Positions 1 to 14,950 of a stretch of 64,000 nt of DNA are shown piece after piece; the stretch's first letter is position 1; every line of letters starts with the position of its first letter. A program made the translations under genes and the position numbers. Location: NCBI RefSeq assembly GCF_009914755.1, contig NC_060933.1; one strand, 5' to 3'. Origin of the DNA: the human T2T-CHM13v2.0 reference genome, Homo sapiens. The notes under the pieces are model-generated. The model had not been told where the DNA came from. It ran no database searches and saw only the letters and a program-made list of their open reading frames with translations.

Positions 1-221
<221 letters not shown>

Positions 222-1034
222 TCCCAATAAATTTTGATGTGGTAAGTCCAGCATAATCTTGGGGGAGCCATTGCAATTAATATATCAGCTTTGGTAAATT
301 TAAATAAACAGTCCAAAGTGCATTGGAATGGATGAGTGAGATCTAAAACTGGACACAGAAGAAGAGGAGGCAAAATAAAAACAATAAAAGGGAAAGTTGG
401 CAAGGAACAAAGACAGATAGAATCCCAGTCTCTCTTCACAAAGGAGAAGTTATTACGCTAGTGAGAAGGGATTAGTGGTTAACATCAAATTCATACTGTT
501 AACAGGCAGAGAATTCGTGTGTAGTTTATTCTTTTAAATCTTCATGTTAATACTTATTAAAAGGATTAAAAGGATGTATTTTGTGCCTTTGTATTTTTCT
601 CAGCAAATTTTCTTGACTTTGTTTTTTTTCTCTATTAAGTCCAGTGTTAATATATATTTTTGTTACAGAAATTTTTCTGAAATGGGTGGACCCAACTGAT
701 AATTTTCATCAATGCCAGGACTTTCAGAAGAGAGCTCACTAGGATATTACTTACACAATCACTCCTGATGAGGAATAGGCATTTTTTATGCCAAATATCT
801 ACACATGCACATATACACACATCATGCTAAATGAACCATTACTCCATGGTCGTATCCCTTACCTCCTACGAATATGAGAATACAAAGGTCATCAGGGAAA
901 TTCTTACTTTCTTAACAATAGTCATAATAACATTCCATGTCTTAGATGGCTCTTGTTTATTGTCTTTGCCATCCAACTGCGTAGGAACTGATTCAGAGGC
1001 CTAATAGGCAGGGATGCAGTTTGATTTAGAATGA

Positions 1035-1390
<356 letters not shown>

Positions 1391-1395
1391 CAAAG

Positions 1396-1768
1396 ATTTT
1401 TCCTTTCTTTTCTTCTCTCGTTTCTTTTTCTCTTCTTTCTTTGTTTCTTTTTCTCTCTTTTTGTCTGTCTTTTTTTTGTTGTTTTTGAGACTGAGTCTCG
1501 CTCTGTCATCCAGGCTGGAGCGCAATGGTGTGGTCTCGGTTCACTGAAACCTCCGCCTCCTGGGTTCAAGTGAGTCTCCTGCCTCAGCCTCCTAAGTAGC
1601 TGGGATTACAGGCGCCTGCCACCACGCCCAGCTAATTTTTGTATTTTTAGTAGAGACAGGGTTTCACCATGTTGGCCAGGCTGGTCTCGAACTCCTGACC
1701 TTAGGTGATCCGCCTGCTTCTGCCTCCCTAAGTGCTGGGATTACAGGCATGAGCCACCGCGCCTGGCC
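1396..1768 (-). mobile_element. Alu (AluSx-like) with long degenerate T/C-rich tail
   Basis: Full dimer ending gcctggcc at 1768; ~90-bp pyrimidine tail 1396-1486. Confidence 0.95.
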
Positions 1769-1804
1769 AGCTTCTACATACTTCTTATTTTAGAAGTTAC
1801 TCAG

Positions 1805-2056
1805 CACCGAGAGCAAGCAATAAAACGAGTCATACCAAAAAGCTACATTCCTGTCTCCTAAGCCCCAACCACACTCCACTCCTGTGGCCCGTGGTCCAAA
1901 CAGAAAATAACTGGAGAAGATGAGGAGGTCAAAGGATCAGGGAACTAAGTAAGCATTATGTGAATTCACCAGCAAGACGTACAGAATGCTTGTGTTTACA
2001 TTGTTTTTATGGAACTAGCAGAATAAAACTGACCTATTTTAAAAATGCAAAAAAAA
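1805..2056 (+). pseudogene. 5'-truncated processed retrocopy (mRNA/lncRNA 3' end) or orphan L1 3' transduction; parent unidentified
   Basis: Direct repeat AAGTTACTCAG at 1794-1804 and 2055-2065; AATAAA 2022-2027; A-tract ending 2056; TTTT/AGAA target site. Confidence 0.7.
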
Positions 2057-3499
2057 GTTACTCAGAGCCCTTTAAATAATAAGTTTAACAATCTTAAATC
2101 TCTTTAAAAAATAACAAAACTTAGGTAAACTCTCCAAGTATTGTCCATTTCGTTGATATTCTGTTTATAAACACATGCTACCTACCAAACGGCAATGAAC
2201 ACCAGGACATGTGGCTCTACGTGCCAGATGGAGGTAACACACCTCGAGTGTAATGGCTTTGAAACAATGCAGTGAGTCATATGTGATTTTAAGCTCTGCC
2301 TTTTTGAGCAAAGCATTGTAAAAATTGGAAAATGCAGTCTATATTTGAAGCTTCCAATTGTTTTAATTAAAAAATCCTTTAAACTGTATTATACCATTTA
2401 CATAGCTAAAAAGATTGAACTGCTTTGCAAGCCATTATCATTTACAAAAAGAAGGCAGTCATTTTCTAAATTTAGAATGAAGAAATATTTTAATTTTATT
2501 ATTATGTCTACTATTTGTCTTCATAAGGCGCAGTCCCAGGGGCCTAAGCTACAAAATCCAGCACTCACTCATCACACCTATGATTCAGTGCTTCTGAGAA
2601 AGGGAGTTTAAATAAGTCTACAGTACTGAAAAAGGATCAACATTGGCAAAGTATCAACCCAAAATTTTTAATTCTTTAATGCAAAAATATTCTTGATATT
2701 TTTCCTTAACAAGCACTATTTCAATCAGGTATTTATTGAATTCTCAATAGTTCCTCAGCTCTCTTCTTGGTACAAGGAGAGGTAGGAAGAAAAATACAAA
2801 ACCTAGTCCTTGGTGGGATAGAAAGAGAAACCACTGAGTACTTGCAACATGTCAAATTCACTCTTAGGTGCTCTTGGCATGTTGCATCAATTTGCGGAAT
2901 TTAGAGTTTATTTGGGGAGGCAAATATTCTTCTTGTAACAATCAGGGAATCAAAGTGGTACCTGAATTTCACAGAAGCTGTCAACTCCTTTGTCTTGTCT
3001 TAGCATCTCCCCACCTCACCTCCCTAGACAGATGAGTCCATGGAGGCCTCTCCATCATTAGCAAACTCGCCAACTCCTCACTTCTACTTGCAGAACTGAT
3101 CTTGTCTGTAGAAGGAAACTGTTAATGACTCTGCAGCGCTGTCTCATCATCCCTACCCCCATCAATTTCTGGCCATTCAGTAGGGCTTGGCATGAGTCAG
3201 CCACCCAGATGTGAACTAGGCTAGAACATATATTTCTTGGAATGTTTCTCTGATTTGTTTTTCTTGAAATGTGACAGTGCTTAGAATTCATGAAATTTCA
3301 AAAAGCTGGGTAATCAGAATAAGCCTATGAAGCCATCATTTACAACATGGTTGCCATTTGCTTATGCTGCTGATGATTGTGGTGGAAATGAACATCATGA
3401 CTTGCTTGGTCCCATATGTTATATTCCGTAAATACTTTGAGAAGTCCTGAGAGCTCAGGCAATAAAACTAGAGCAATTCTTCCTGCTCTTTTTACAGCC

Positions 3500-5005
3500 A
3501 TTTAAATGTTGGTACTCTCCCAGGTTTCTGTCCTTTGTCCGATTCTCTTCTTACATTATATTTCCTCTGTGTAATCTAATCTACTCCCTGACTCTAATTA
3601 CTCCCTATGTGATGATGCAGCCAACGTCTTGACTCCAGCCTGAGCATTTTTCTGGGTACTTGTGTCCTTTTATGCAGCTACTTATTGGTCACCTTCCTAC
3701 ATTAAAGGGTGCTCTTATAGGCAGGGATGGTGTAGGATGGCTCCGAGGCAGGGGATGCAGGGGAAGGTACATTCTCCACTATATAGTCTCCCAGGTTTAA
3801 AATAATGCAACTCTAAGAAAGGTGAAAAATGTCAAAAGCAAGTAAGTCACCTACATAATTTCTGAAACATAAGACACAGCTGTGTTTGTTCTGACAGGAA
3901 AAAAATTTCAATTCCCCGAAACAGAAAAACAAAACAAAGAAAACAAACAAAACCAACTACAAGTTGCTAAGCTGTGCCCACCCCCACCACCCCCGCCAAC
4001 CAAGATATTTTTCATCTGATGAGGATGGTTACCTCTGCATGGAGATCCTCAAAAGACTACATCAACGTGATATAAATAGTCTAAGCCAGTATCTTGGATG
4101 CCATCCTCAACTTTTCCTTTACGCCACACCTCTAGGCACCGAGTACTGTTCTGTTCAGCTATAAACACCTCTTGTCTCCTTTCTCCCCCTGACACTCACT
4201 GTTAGAGAACTGCTGTAATTAGTTCAAGGAGAACTTAATTCAACGCCTCCTCAATTCGTCAGCTGGACTATTGCAATATTTTTTTTTTTTTTTTTTTTTT
4301 TTACTGATCTCTTGCTTTCAAGTTTGTCCTTATTAATTAAGTACATTTTCCATTCTATTGAGTTAATATTTCTCTTGTTTACAATCCTTCATCAATTCTC
4401 TCCTTTTCAAACCAGAACCCAAACTACTTAAAATGACATGAAATGGACTTTAGGTCTAGCCCTGGTATTTATAGAAAGTACCACCTCTTGCCATGCCTCA
4501 TCACACGATTTCTAGTCATTCCCAAGCTTCTTGCAGGCCCTTAACATGACGTGCCCTCTTCCATCATACTCCATTTGCCCAAACTGCATCCTCTGACTGG
4601 AATACCTTTTCATTTTCCTGCTGCCAAGGTTTTATCAACTCAGCTTCTACTTATCCTTCAAAACTTATTTCAGATGTTACCACCTCTGGGAAGCCTTCCT
4701 TGATCAACCCAATCTGTATAGGTTGCCTATTACACAATCCATTGCAGTATCTTATGCTTACCTCAATAAAAATGACAATAGGAGTAAAATATAATAATAT
4801 TTATTGGGTAAACACTAGGTCCTAGGCACTGTGATAGCATTTTAGTAAATTTTATCTCGTAGAGTTTTCTAATACTTTATGGTAAGCGTCTGTCCACTTC
4901 ATGGTTTCTCCTATGTGACCCTGAACTCTAGAAAGGAAAGTTCTGTGTTTTAACTGAAAATTTCTTATTCACAGAGCCCAACTCAGTGCCTTGTTCACTG
5001 AATGG
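3500..5005 (+). mobile_element. L2 LINE, fragmented 3' region (non-L2 sequence at ~3710-4010)
   Basis: L2 hallmarks taaatgttggtactctcccagg, ctggactattgcaata, ctggaatacc, cacctctgggaagccttcct. Confidence 0.65.
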
Positions 5006-5394
5006 TTTAAAGTCTGGAAAGGCTGGGACTGTATGTTCTCCATGGAAAATTCCCTGATTCTTTCCACTGGAAATAATCATTCCCATGTCTGAATTCTATT
5101 CTGTCAGGATTTGTATTTCTTCCTTGCTCACATTAAATATTTTTATGTATATAACTTGGCTGCCCTTCAGGCAGGCTGTGCACTTACTGAGTGATCTCTT
5201 CTTGATAATTCTTTCTGAAAACATCTCTAAGCATCTTCTAAACCATTTGAAATTCAACTTGTAAAGACTATTCAAATCTTCCCTTTCTTATATTTAAATG
5301 TTTTAAGTATTAAGACAATCTAAGGCAGAAAACATCATTTGAGCCCAGGGAATAATGATGAGTCAGTTTACATTTCTTTCTTTTAGAGTGTGGA

Positions 5395-5515
5395 ATTTTT
5401 GAGCTCAAAGGGAACTACAAAATCATGTCATCCAATTGCAACCTTTTGACAGAGGAGGAAACTGAGGTCCAGACATTGAATGATTTGTTTAAGGTCACAG
5501 AGCAAGTTAGTAGCT
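5395..5515 (-). mobile_element. MIR SINE
   Basis: Core cagaggaggaaactgagg...aaggtcacagagcaagttag. Confidence 0.8.
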
Positions 5516-5640
5516 ACATTTTTACTAGCTCTTAAGAACATAAAAAAAAGGCAAAATTCTAATTTAACAGCTTGAAATAAGAGTCCTACCTCTACACCTT
5601 CTCTTTTCTAAGACATGCTTCAACATTGACTGTTTTTCTC

Positions 5641-8113
5641 ATATTTATTTATTTATTTTTATTATACTTTAAGTTCTGGGATACATGTGCAGAATGTGCA
5701 GGCTTGTAACATAGGCATACATGTGTCATGGTGGTGTGCTGCACCCATCAACCCATCATCTACATTAGGTATTTCTCCTAATGCTATTCCCCAACATGAC
5801 AGGCCCTGGTGTGTGACGTTCCCCTCCCTGTGTCCATGTGTTCTCATTGTTCAACTCCCACTTATGAGTGAGAACATGTGGTGTTTGGTTTCCTGTTCCT
5901 GTGTTAGTTTGCTGAGAATGATGGTTTCCAGCTTCATCCATGTTCCTGCAAAGAACATGAGCTCATCCTTTTTTTGGCTGCATAGTATTCCATGGTGTAT
6001 ATATGCCACATTTTCTTTATCCAGTCTATCATTGATGGGCACTTGGGTTGGTTCCAAGTCTTTGCTATTGTGAACAGTGCTGCAATAAACATATGTGTGC
6101 ATGTGTCTTTATAGCAGAATGATTTATAATCCTTTGGGTATATACCCAGAAATGGGATTGCTGGGTCAAATGGTATTTCTGTTTCTAGATCCTTGAGGAA
6201 TTGCCACACTGACTTCCACAATGGTTGAACTAATTTACACTTCTACCAACAGTGTAAAAGCATTCCTATTTCTCTACATCCTCTCCAGCATCTGTTGTTT
6301 CCTGACTTTTTAATGATTGCCATTCTAACTGGCATGACATGGTATCTCATTGTGGTTTTGATTTGCATTTCTCTAATGACCAGTGATGATGAGCTTTTTT
6401 TCATATTTGTTGGCCACATAAATGTCTTCTTTTGAGGAGCGTCTGTTCATATCCTTCGTCCACTTTTTGATGAGGTTGTCTTTTCCTTGTAAATTTGTTA
6501 AAATTATTTGTAGATTCTGGATATTAGCCCTTTGTCAGATGGATAGATTGCAAAAATTTTCTCCCATTCTGTAGGTTGACTGTTTACTCTGACGATAGTT
6601 TCTTTTGCTGTTCAGAAGCTCTTTAGTTTAAATAAATCCCATTTGTCAATTATGGTTTTTGTTGCCATTGCTTTTGATATTTTAGTCATGAAGTCTTTGC
6701 CCATGCCTATGTCCTGAACAGGATTGCCTAGGTTTTCTTCTAGGGTTTTTATGGTTTTAGGTCTAACATTTAAGTCTTTAATCCATCTTTCATTAATTTT
6801 TGTATAAGGTGTAAGGAAGGGGTCCAGTTTCAGTTTTCTGCATATGGCTAGCCAGTTTTCCCAACACCATTTATTAAACAGGGAATCCTTTCCCCATTGC
6901 TTTTTTTGGTCAGGTTTGTCAAAGATCAGATGGTTGTAGATGTGTGGCATTATTTCTGAGGCCTCTGTTCTGTTCCGTTGGTCTATATCTCTGTTTTGGT
7001 ACCAGTACCATGCTGTTTTGGTTACTCTAGCCTTGTAGTATAGTTTGAAGTCAGGTAGCATGATGCCTCTGGCTTTGTTCTTTTTGCTTAGGATTATCTT
7101 GGCTATATGGGCTCTTTTTTTGTTCCATATGAAATTTAAAGTAGCTTTTTCTAATTCTGTGAAGAAGGTCAATGGTAGTTTCATGGGGAAAGCACTGAAT
7201 CTATAAATTACTTGAGGTAATATGGCCATTTTCATGATATTGATTCTTCCTATCCATGAGGATGGAATGTTTTTCCATTTGTTTGTGTCCTCTCTTATTT
7301 CCTTGAGCAGTGGTTTGCAGTTCTGCCTGAAGAAGTCCTTCGCATCCCTCGTAAGTTGTATTCCTAGGTATTTTATTCTCTTTGTAGCAATTGTGAATGA
7401 GAGTTCACTCATGATTTGACTCTCTGTCTATTATTGGTGTATAGGAATGCCTGTGATTTTTTGCATGTTGATTTTGTATCCTGAGACTTTGCTGAAGTTG
7501 CTTATCAGCTTGCGGAAATTTTGGGCTGAGATGATGGGGTTTTCTAAATATACAATCATGTCATCTGCTAACAGAGACAATTTGACTTCCTCCTTTCCTA
7601 ACTGAACACACTTGATTTCTTTCCCTTGCCTGATTGCCCTGGCCAGAACTTCCAACACTATGTTTAATAGAAGTAGTGAGGGAGGGCATCCTTGTCTTGT
7701 GCCGGCTTTCAAAGGGAATCCTTTCAGCTTTTGCCGATTCAGTATGATATTGGCTGTGGGTTTGTCATGAATACCTCTTATTATTTTGAGGTACATTCCA
7801 TCAATACCTAGTTTATTGAGAGTTTTTAGCATGAAGTTGTGTTGAATTTTATCAAAGGCCTTTTCTGCATCTATGGAGATAATCATGTGGTTTTGGTCAT
7901 TGGCTCTGTTTATGTGATGGATTACATTTATTGATTTGCGTATGTTGAACCTGCCTTGCATCCCAAGTATGAAGCCGACTTGATCGTGGTAGATAAGCTT
8001 TTTGATGTGCTGCTGGATTCGGTTTGCCAGTATTTTATTGAGGATTTTTGCATCGATGTTCATCAGGGCTATTGGGCTGAAATTTTCTTTTTTTGTGTGT
8101 CTCTGCCAGGTTT
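5641..8113 (-). mobile_element. L1PA7/8-like LINE-1, 3'UTR and ORF2 RT/C-terminal part (frameshifted)
   Basis: 3' end ttattatactttaagttctgggatacatgtgcagaa; ORFs 6612-7412 and 7431-8063 are ORF2p fragments including the RT motif LADDMIVY. Confidence 0.97.
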
Positions 8114-8118
8114 TCTTT

Positions 8119-8478
8119 TATATATGTGTATATATATATGTGTATATATATATGTGTATATATATATGTGTATATATATGTGTGTATATATGTGTGTATA
8201 TATATGTGTGTATATATGTGTGTATATATATGTGTATATATATGTGTATATATATGTGTATATATATGTGTGTATATATATGTGTGTGTATATATGTGTG
8301 TGTATATATGTGTATATATATGTGTATATATGTATATATGTGTATATATGTGTATATATATGTGTATATACATGTGTGTGTGTATATATATATGTGCGTG
8401 TATATATATATGTGTATATATATGTGTGTGTATATATATGTGTATATATATATGTGTGTGTGTGTATATATATATACA
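8119..8478. repeat. (TA)n/(TG)n compound microsatellite at the poly(A) tail position of the nested L1
   Basis: Uninterrupted YR alternation between the TSD and the L1 3' end. Confidence 0.97.
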
Positions 8479-10972
<2,494 letters not shown>

Positions 10973-10976
<4 letters not shown>

Positions 10977-11840
10977 CCCACAGCTACCCTTTCCCCCAGG
11001 TGCTCTGTCGCAGGGAGATGGGAGTTTGATCCATAAGTCCCTGACTGTGGCTGCTGCCTTTCTTTCAGAGATGGCCTGCCCAGAGAGGAGGAATCTGGAG
11101 ATTCAGTCTGGCTACAACAGCTTTGCCAAGTTGTGGTGGGCTCTGCCCAGTCTGAACTTCCCAGCGGCTTTGTTTACACTGTGAGGGGAAAACCACCTAC
11201 TCAAACCTCAGTAATGGTGGACCCCCCCTCCCCACTAAGCTCGAGCATCCCAGGTTGACTTCAGACTGCTGTGCTGGCAGAGAGAATTTCAAGCCAGTGG
11301 ATCTTAGCTTGCTGGGCTCCGTGGGCGTGGAATCTGCTGAGCTAGACCACTTGGCTCCCTGGCTTCAGTCCCCTTTCCAGGGGAATGAAAGGTTCTGTCT
11401 TGCTGGTGTTCCAGGCACCACTGAGGTATGAAAAACTCCTGCAGCTAGCTTGGTGTCTGCCTAAATGGCTGCCCAGTTTTGTGCTTGAAACCCAGGGCCC
11501 TGGTGGTGTAGGCACCAGAGAGAATCTCCTGGTCTACGGGTTGCGAAGACCATGGGAAAAGCATAGTATCTGGACCAGAGTGCACCGTTCCTCATGGCAC
11601 AGTCCTTCATGGCTCCCCTTAGCTAGGGGAGGGAGTTCCCCGACCCCTTGTGCTTCCTGGGTGAGGTGACGCCCCACCCTGCTTCTGCTCGCCCTTCATG
11701 GGCTGCACCCACTCTCTAACCAGTTCCAATGAGATGAGCAGGGTACATCAGTTGGAAATGAAAAAATCATCTGTCTTCTTCATTGGTATCGCTGGGAGTT
11801 GCAGACCAGAGCTGTTCCTATTTGGCCATCTTGCCAGCCA
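10973..11840 (-). mobile_element. L1PA7/8-type 5'UTR (sense and antisense promoter region)
   Basis: GC-richer L1 5'UTR ending gagctgttcctatttggccatcttgcc; degraded TSD caacattgac 5621-5630 / caaccttgag 11841-11850. Confidence 0.9.
11824..11833 (-). promoter_or_regulatory. YY1 site at the L1 5' terminus
   Basis: CAAGATGGCC on the minus strand at the canonical L1 5'-end position. Confidence 0.75.
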
Positions 11841-12857
11841 CAACCTTGAGTTTTTTTTTTTTTTTTTTTACATAAAAGGACTCTAGTATAACATACAGAT
11901 AATAATTTATCCCTTTCTTATACCAAGTTTAAGCATTTTTTCTGAATGATTTTAAAGGGATTGGCTGTAGCTTACATGAGTACATTTTATCTTGGATACC
12001 AATAACATACTTCTCAAGTCCACAGACAAAGAATGACTTGAATCAGTTTTCTAATGCATGTGACTGATTTTCATTCAGTGAGCTAATGGATACTTGATAT
12101 ATTTATTCTAACCTAATACAGTTTTTCAAGTGAATATAAAGTATTTTAATGCTTCTAACTATAGAAATATTTGACTCAATGTCATCACCTGATATACTAC
12201 CTCTTAGTCTTTCAGCCAAGTCTATTTTGGGGTTCAAATGACATCAGAAAATTCCAGAGGGGTATGGAGGGACAAAAACACGTTTGGTAGCATTTTGACC
12301 ATCTTTAATAATAAAAATCATGATGCAAGATTATATCTTAATCTTTTCTACTATTAATGGTCAAAAGTTTAACAGACTTTAATAAATCACAAATCTAGTA
12401 TTCCTTCTGGCAAGTTCTCCATATAGAACTCCTTTCCCAGTACCAAAACATATTTCCCAGCCCCAGAATATATTTCCTTTTGGGGCTGGCAAAGGAAATG
12501 AAAGATTGGGCTCTAAAACTTCAGATGCTTAAGGAAGGTAACTAATTCTATTCCTCAGGACTCTTTTGGCCTCAGTCACCATCTAGCTTCCTTCTCTCAC
12601 CTCCAGATGTGCAAATGGCTAATGCTGAACTGATAAGAGAGAAAGAGAGAATTGGTAACAAATAAACACTTGTTGATTGAGAAGATGAGATAATATGGAA
12701 AAAAAGAATGGAAAGATAGGAAGTGATTTGGTACCTAAACAATTTACATGAAAATAACATAAAATTAAGTGAAGGCCCATCCTCCTAAATTCAGTTCCAA
12801 CTTGAACTACCGAAATCAAGCCCTGCAGACACCAGGTGTAGCTGGTACCTACATTCC

Positions 12858-12897
12858 CCTTCCCAGCTTTATAGAGGTGTAATTGACAAATACTAAT

Positions 12898-12942
<45 letters not shown>

Positions 12943-13621
12943 ATATATATATAAATTTATATATATATAAATATATATATATAAATATATATATATAAAT
13001 ATATATATATATGGGAAACCATAAGATGTTTTGATATACATTGTGAAATGATTACCAGCATCAAGCTAATTAATATATCCATTACCTCACATAGTTTGCG
13101 GTGAGAATGTTTAAGATCTACCCTCTTATTTCTAGTATACCCTAGAGTATTATTAACTATAGTCGCCATGCTATACATGAGATTTTCAGAATGTATTCAT
13201 CCTGCATAACGGAAACTTTTTATCCTTCTACTAACATCTCCCTGTCTCTCCCACTCTCTAGCCCCTGGCAACCACCATCGTACTCTCTGCATCTGTATGT
13301 TCAACTTTTTGGATTCCATACGTAAGTGAGATTAAGTAGTATTTGTCTTTCTGTGCCTGTCTTATTTCACTTAGCATAATGTCCTCCAGTTTCATCCATG
13401 TAGTCACACATGACAGGATTTTCTTCCTTTTTTAAAGCTGAATAATATTCCAGTGTGTGTATACATATGTCTTTCTGTGTATATATACTTATATATACAC
13501 ACACAGAGAGATATATGTATCACATTTTCTTTATCCATTTATCTGTTGATAAACACAGACTGATTTCATATATTGGCTATTGTGAATAATGCTGCAGTGA
13601 ACATAGGTACACAGATATCTT
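12858..13621 (-). mobile_element. L1MA (late, ~MA8-10) 3'UTR
   Basis: cagctttatagaggtgtaattgacaaat...atcaagctaattaatatatccattacctcacatagtt. Confidence 0.85.
12900..13012. repeat. (GT)15 plus (AT)n microsatellite within the L1MA
   Basis: Directly visible. Confidence 0.95.
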
Positions 13622-13922
13622 GAAAAGGAAGAAGTAAAATTGCCTCTGTTTGCATATGACACCATCTTACATATAGAATACCCTAAGGACTTCACCAAAA
13701 AACTGTTGGAAGTAATAAAAAAATTCAGTAAAGTTGCAGAATACAAAATCAGTATTAAAAATCAATTGCATTTCTATATACTAGCAATTATTTAAAAAAG
13801 AAATTAAGAAAGCAATCTATTTACAATAGCATCTCAAGAACAAAGAAACAAACAATACAACCTTAAGGATAAATTTAACCAGTGAATCGAAAGATCTGTA
13901 CATTGAAAACTAGAAAACACTG
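13622..13922 (+). mobile_element. L1M ORF2 fragment in opposite orientation (probable 5' inversion of the L1MA)
   Basis: gaagaagtaaaattgcctctgtttgcatatgac corresponds to the EEVKLxLFADD region; abuts the minus-strand piece. Confidence 0.8.
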
Positions 13923-14613
13923 TGGTGCCTACCTTTAAAGTAAGTGCTTTGGGGATTTAAAATACCAGCAAACAAGAGATTCTTAAAATATCATCCAAAG
14001 AGAAAGTCTACTTACTACCTTTTTTCATGCCTTCACAAACATACTAAATAGATCCCGAGGAAGCCTAACGAATGAATGCTTCATTCACATAACTAGTTTT
14101 ATCTTTACTAGAAGCCCTGGAGGAGAAGGCATCTGAACGTGTGCAGTTTGCTTCACTGGGGAAGGCCCCCCACAGTGGGAAATTACATGAGGCTTAATGC
14201 AGTATGAAATGAGAAAGCAGAAAAAGATATTTTTCAAAAGGCCTTCCAAAGAACAGGATAGTGATTCTTACTATGAGTAATTTCATTCTCTTCTCATAAT
14301 CCCCCTTTCCCTTTCCATCCAAGAGTGAGTATACAGTTTCCTTTTGGGGTTACATCACCAATTTGAAAAAGATTCACAATCCTTGTGTCTCCAAATATTG
14401 CTGGAAGTCCCATGCATGAAGTGAATCTTGAACCTTTTTCCTCAGTTTTAATATAGCTTTGGTGGGGGCTAGGGTGCTCTTGGCTACATGGCTTGACATT
14501 TTTTCCATCAACCTCCAAAGACGTGTTTGTTTCCTCTGCTCTGACACATTATCTCAGATAACAGAAGACATCTTCAAATCAATTGATGGAAGATTGAGAG
14601 AAAGAGAACTTCA

Positions 14614-14950
14614 GGTCCAGGTGCTGTGGCTCATGCCTGTAATCCCAGCACTTTGGGTGACTGAGGTAAGTGGATCGCTTGAGCTCAGGGGTTTGAGACC
14701 AGCCTGGGCAACGTAGGAACACCCCATCTCTACAAAAAATACAAAGATTAGCCAGGTGTGGTGGCATATGCCTGTAGTTCCAGCTCCTGGGGGTTGGCAG
14801 GGGGTGGTGCGAGGTGGGAGGATTGCTTGGGCCTGGGAGGCAGAGGTTGCGGCAGTGAGCCTAGATTGCACCACTGCACTCCAGCCTAGGCAACAGAGCA
14901 AGACCCTGCCTCCAAAAAAAAAAAAAAAAAAAAAAAAGAAGATGAAAAAT
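14614..14950 (+). mobile_element. AluJ(b)-like
   Basis: gcttgagctcagg, ctgggcaac; A-tail; flanking aacttca direct repeat. Confidence 0.93.

Noticed and set aside
2273-5365. AP-1 sites TGAGTCA at 2273, 3193 and 5359
   Set aside because: 7-mers spread over 3 kb; not distinguishable from chance without chromatin data.
11214-11258. L1 antisense ORF0 homologue start
   Set aside because: Reads MVDPPSPLSSSIPG then stop; frameshifted in the C-run, so not an intact ORF0.
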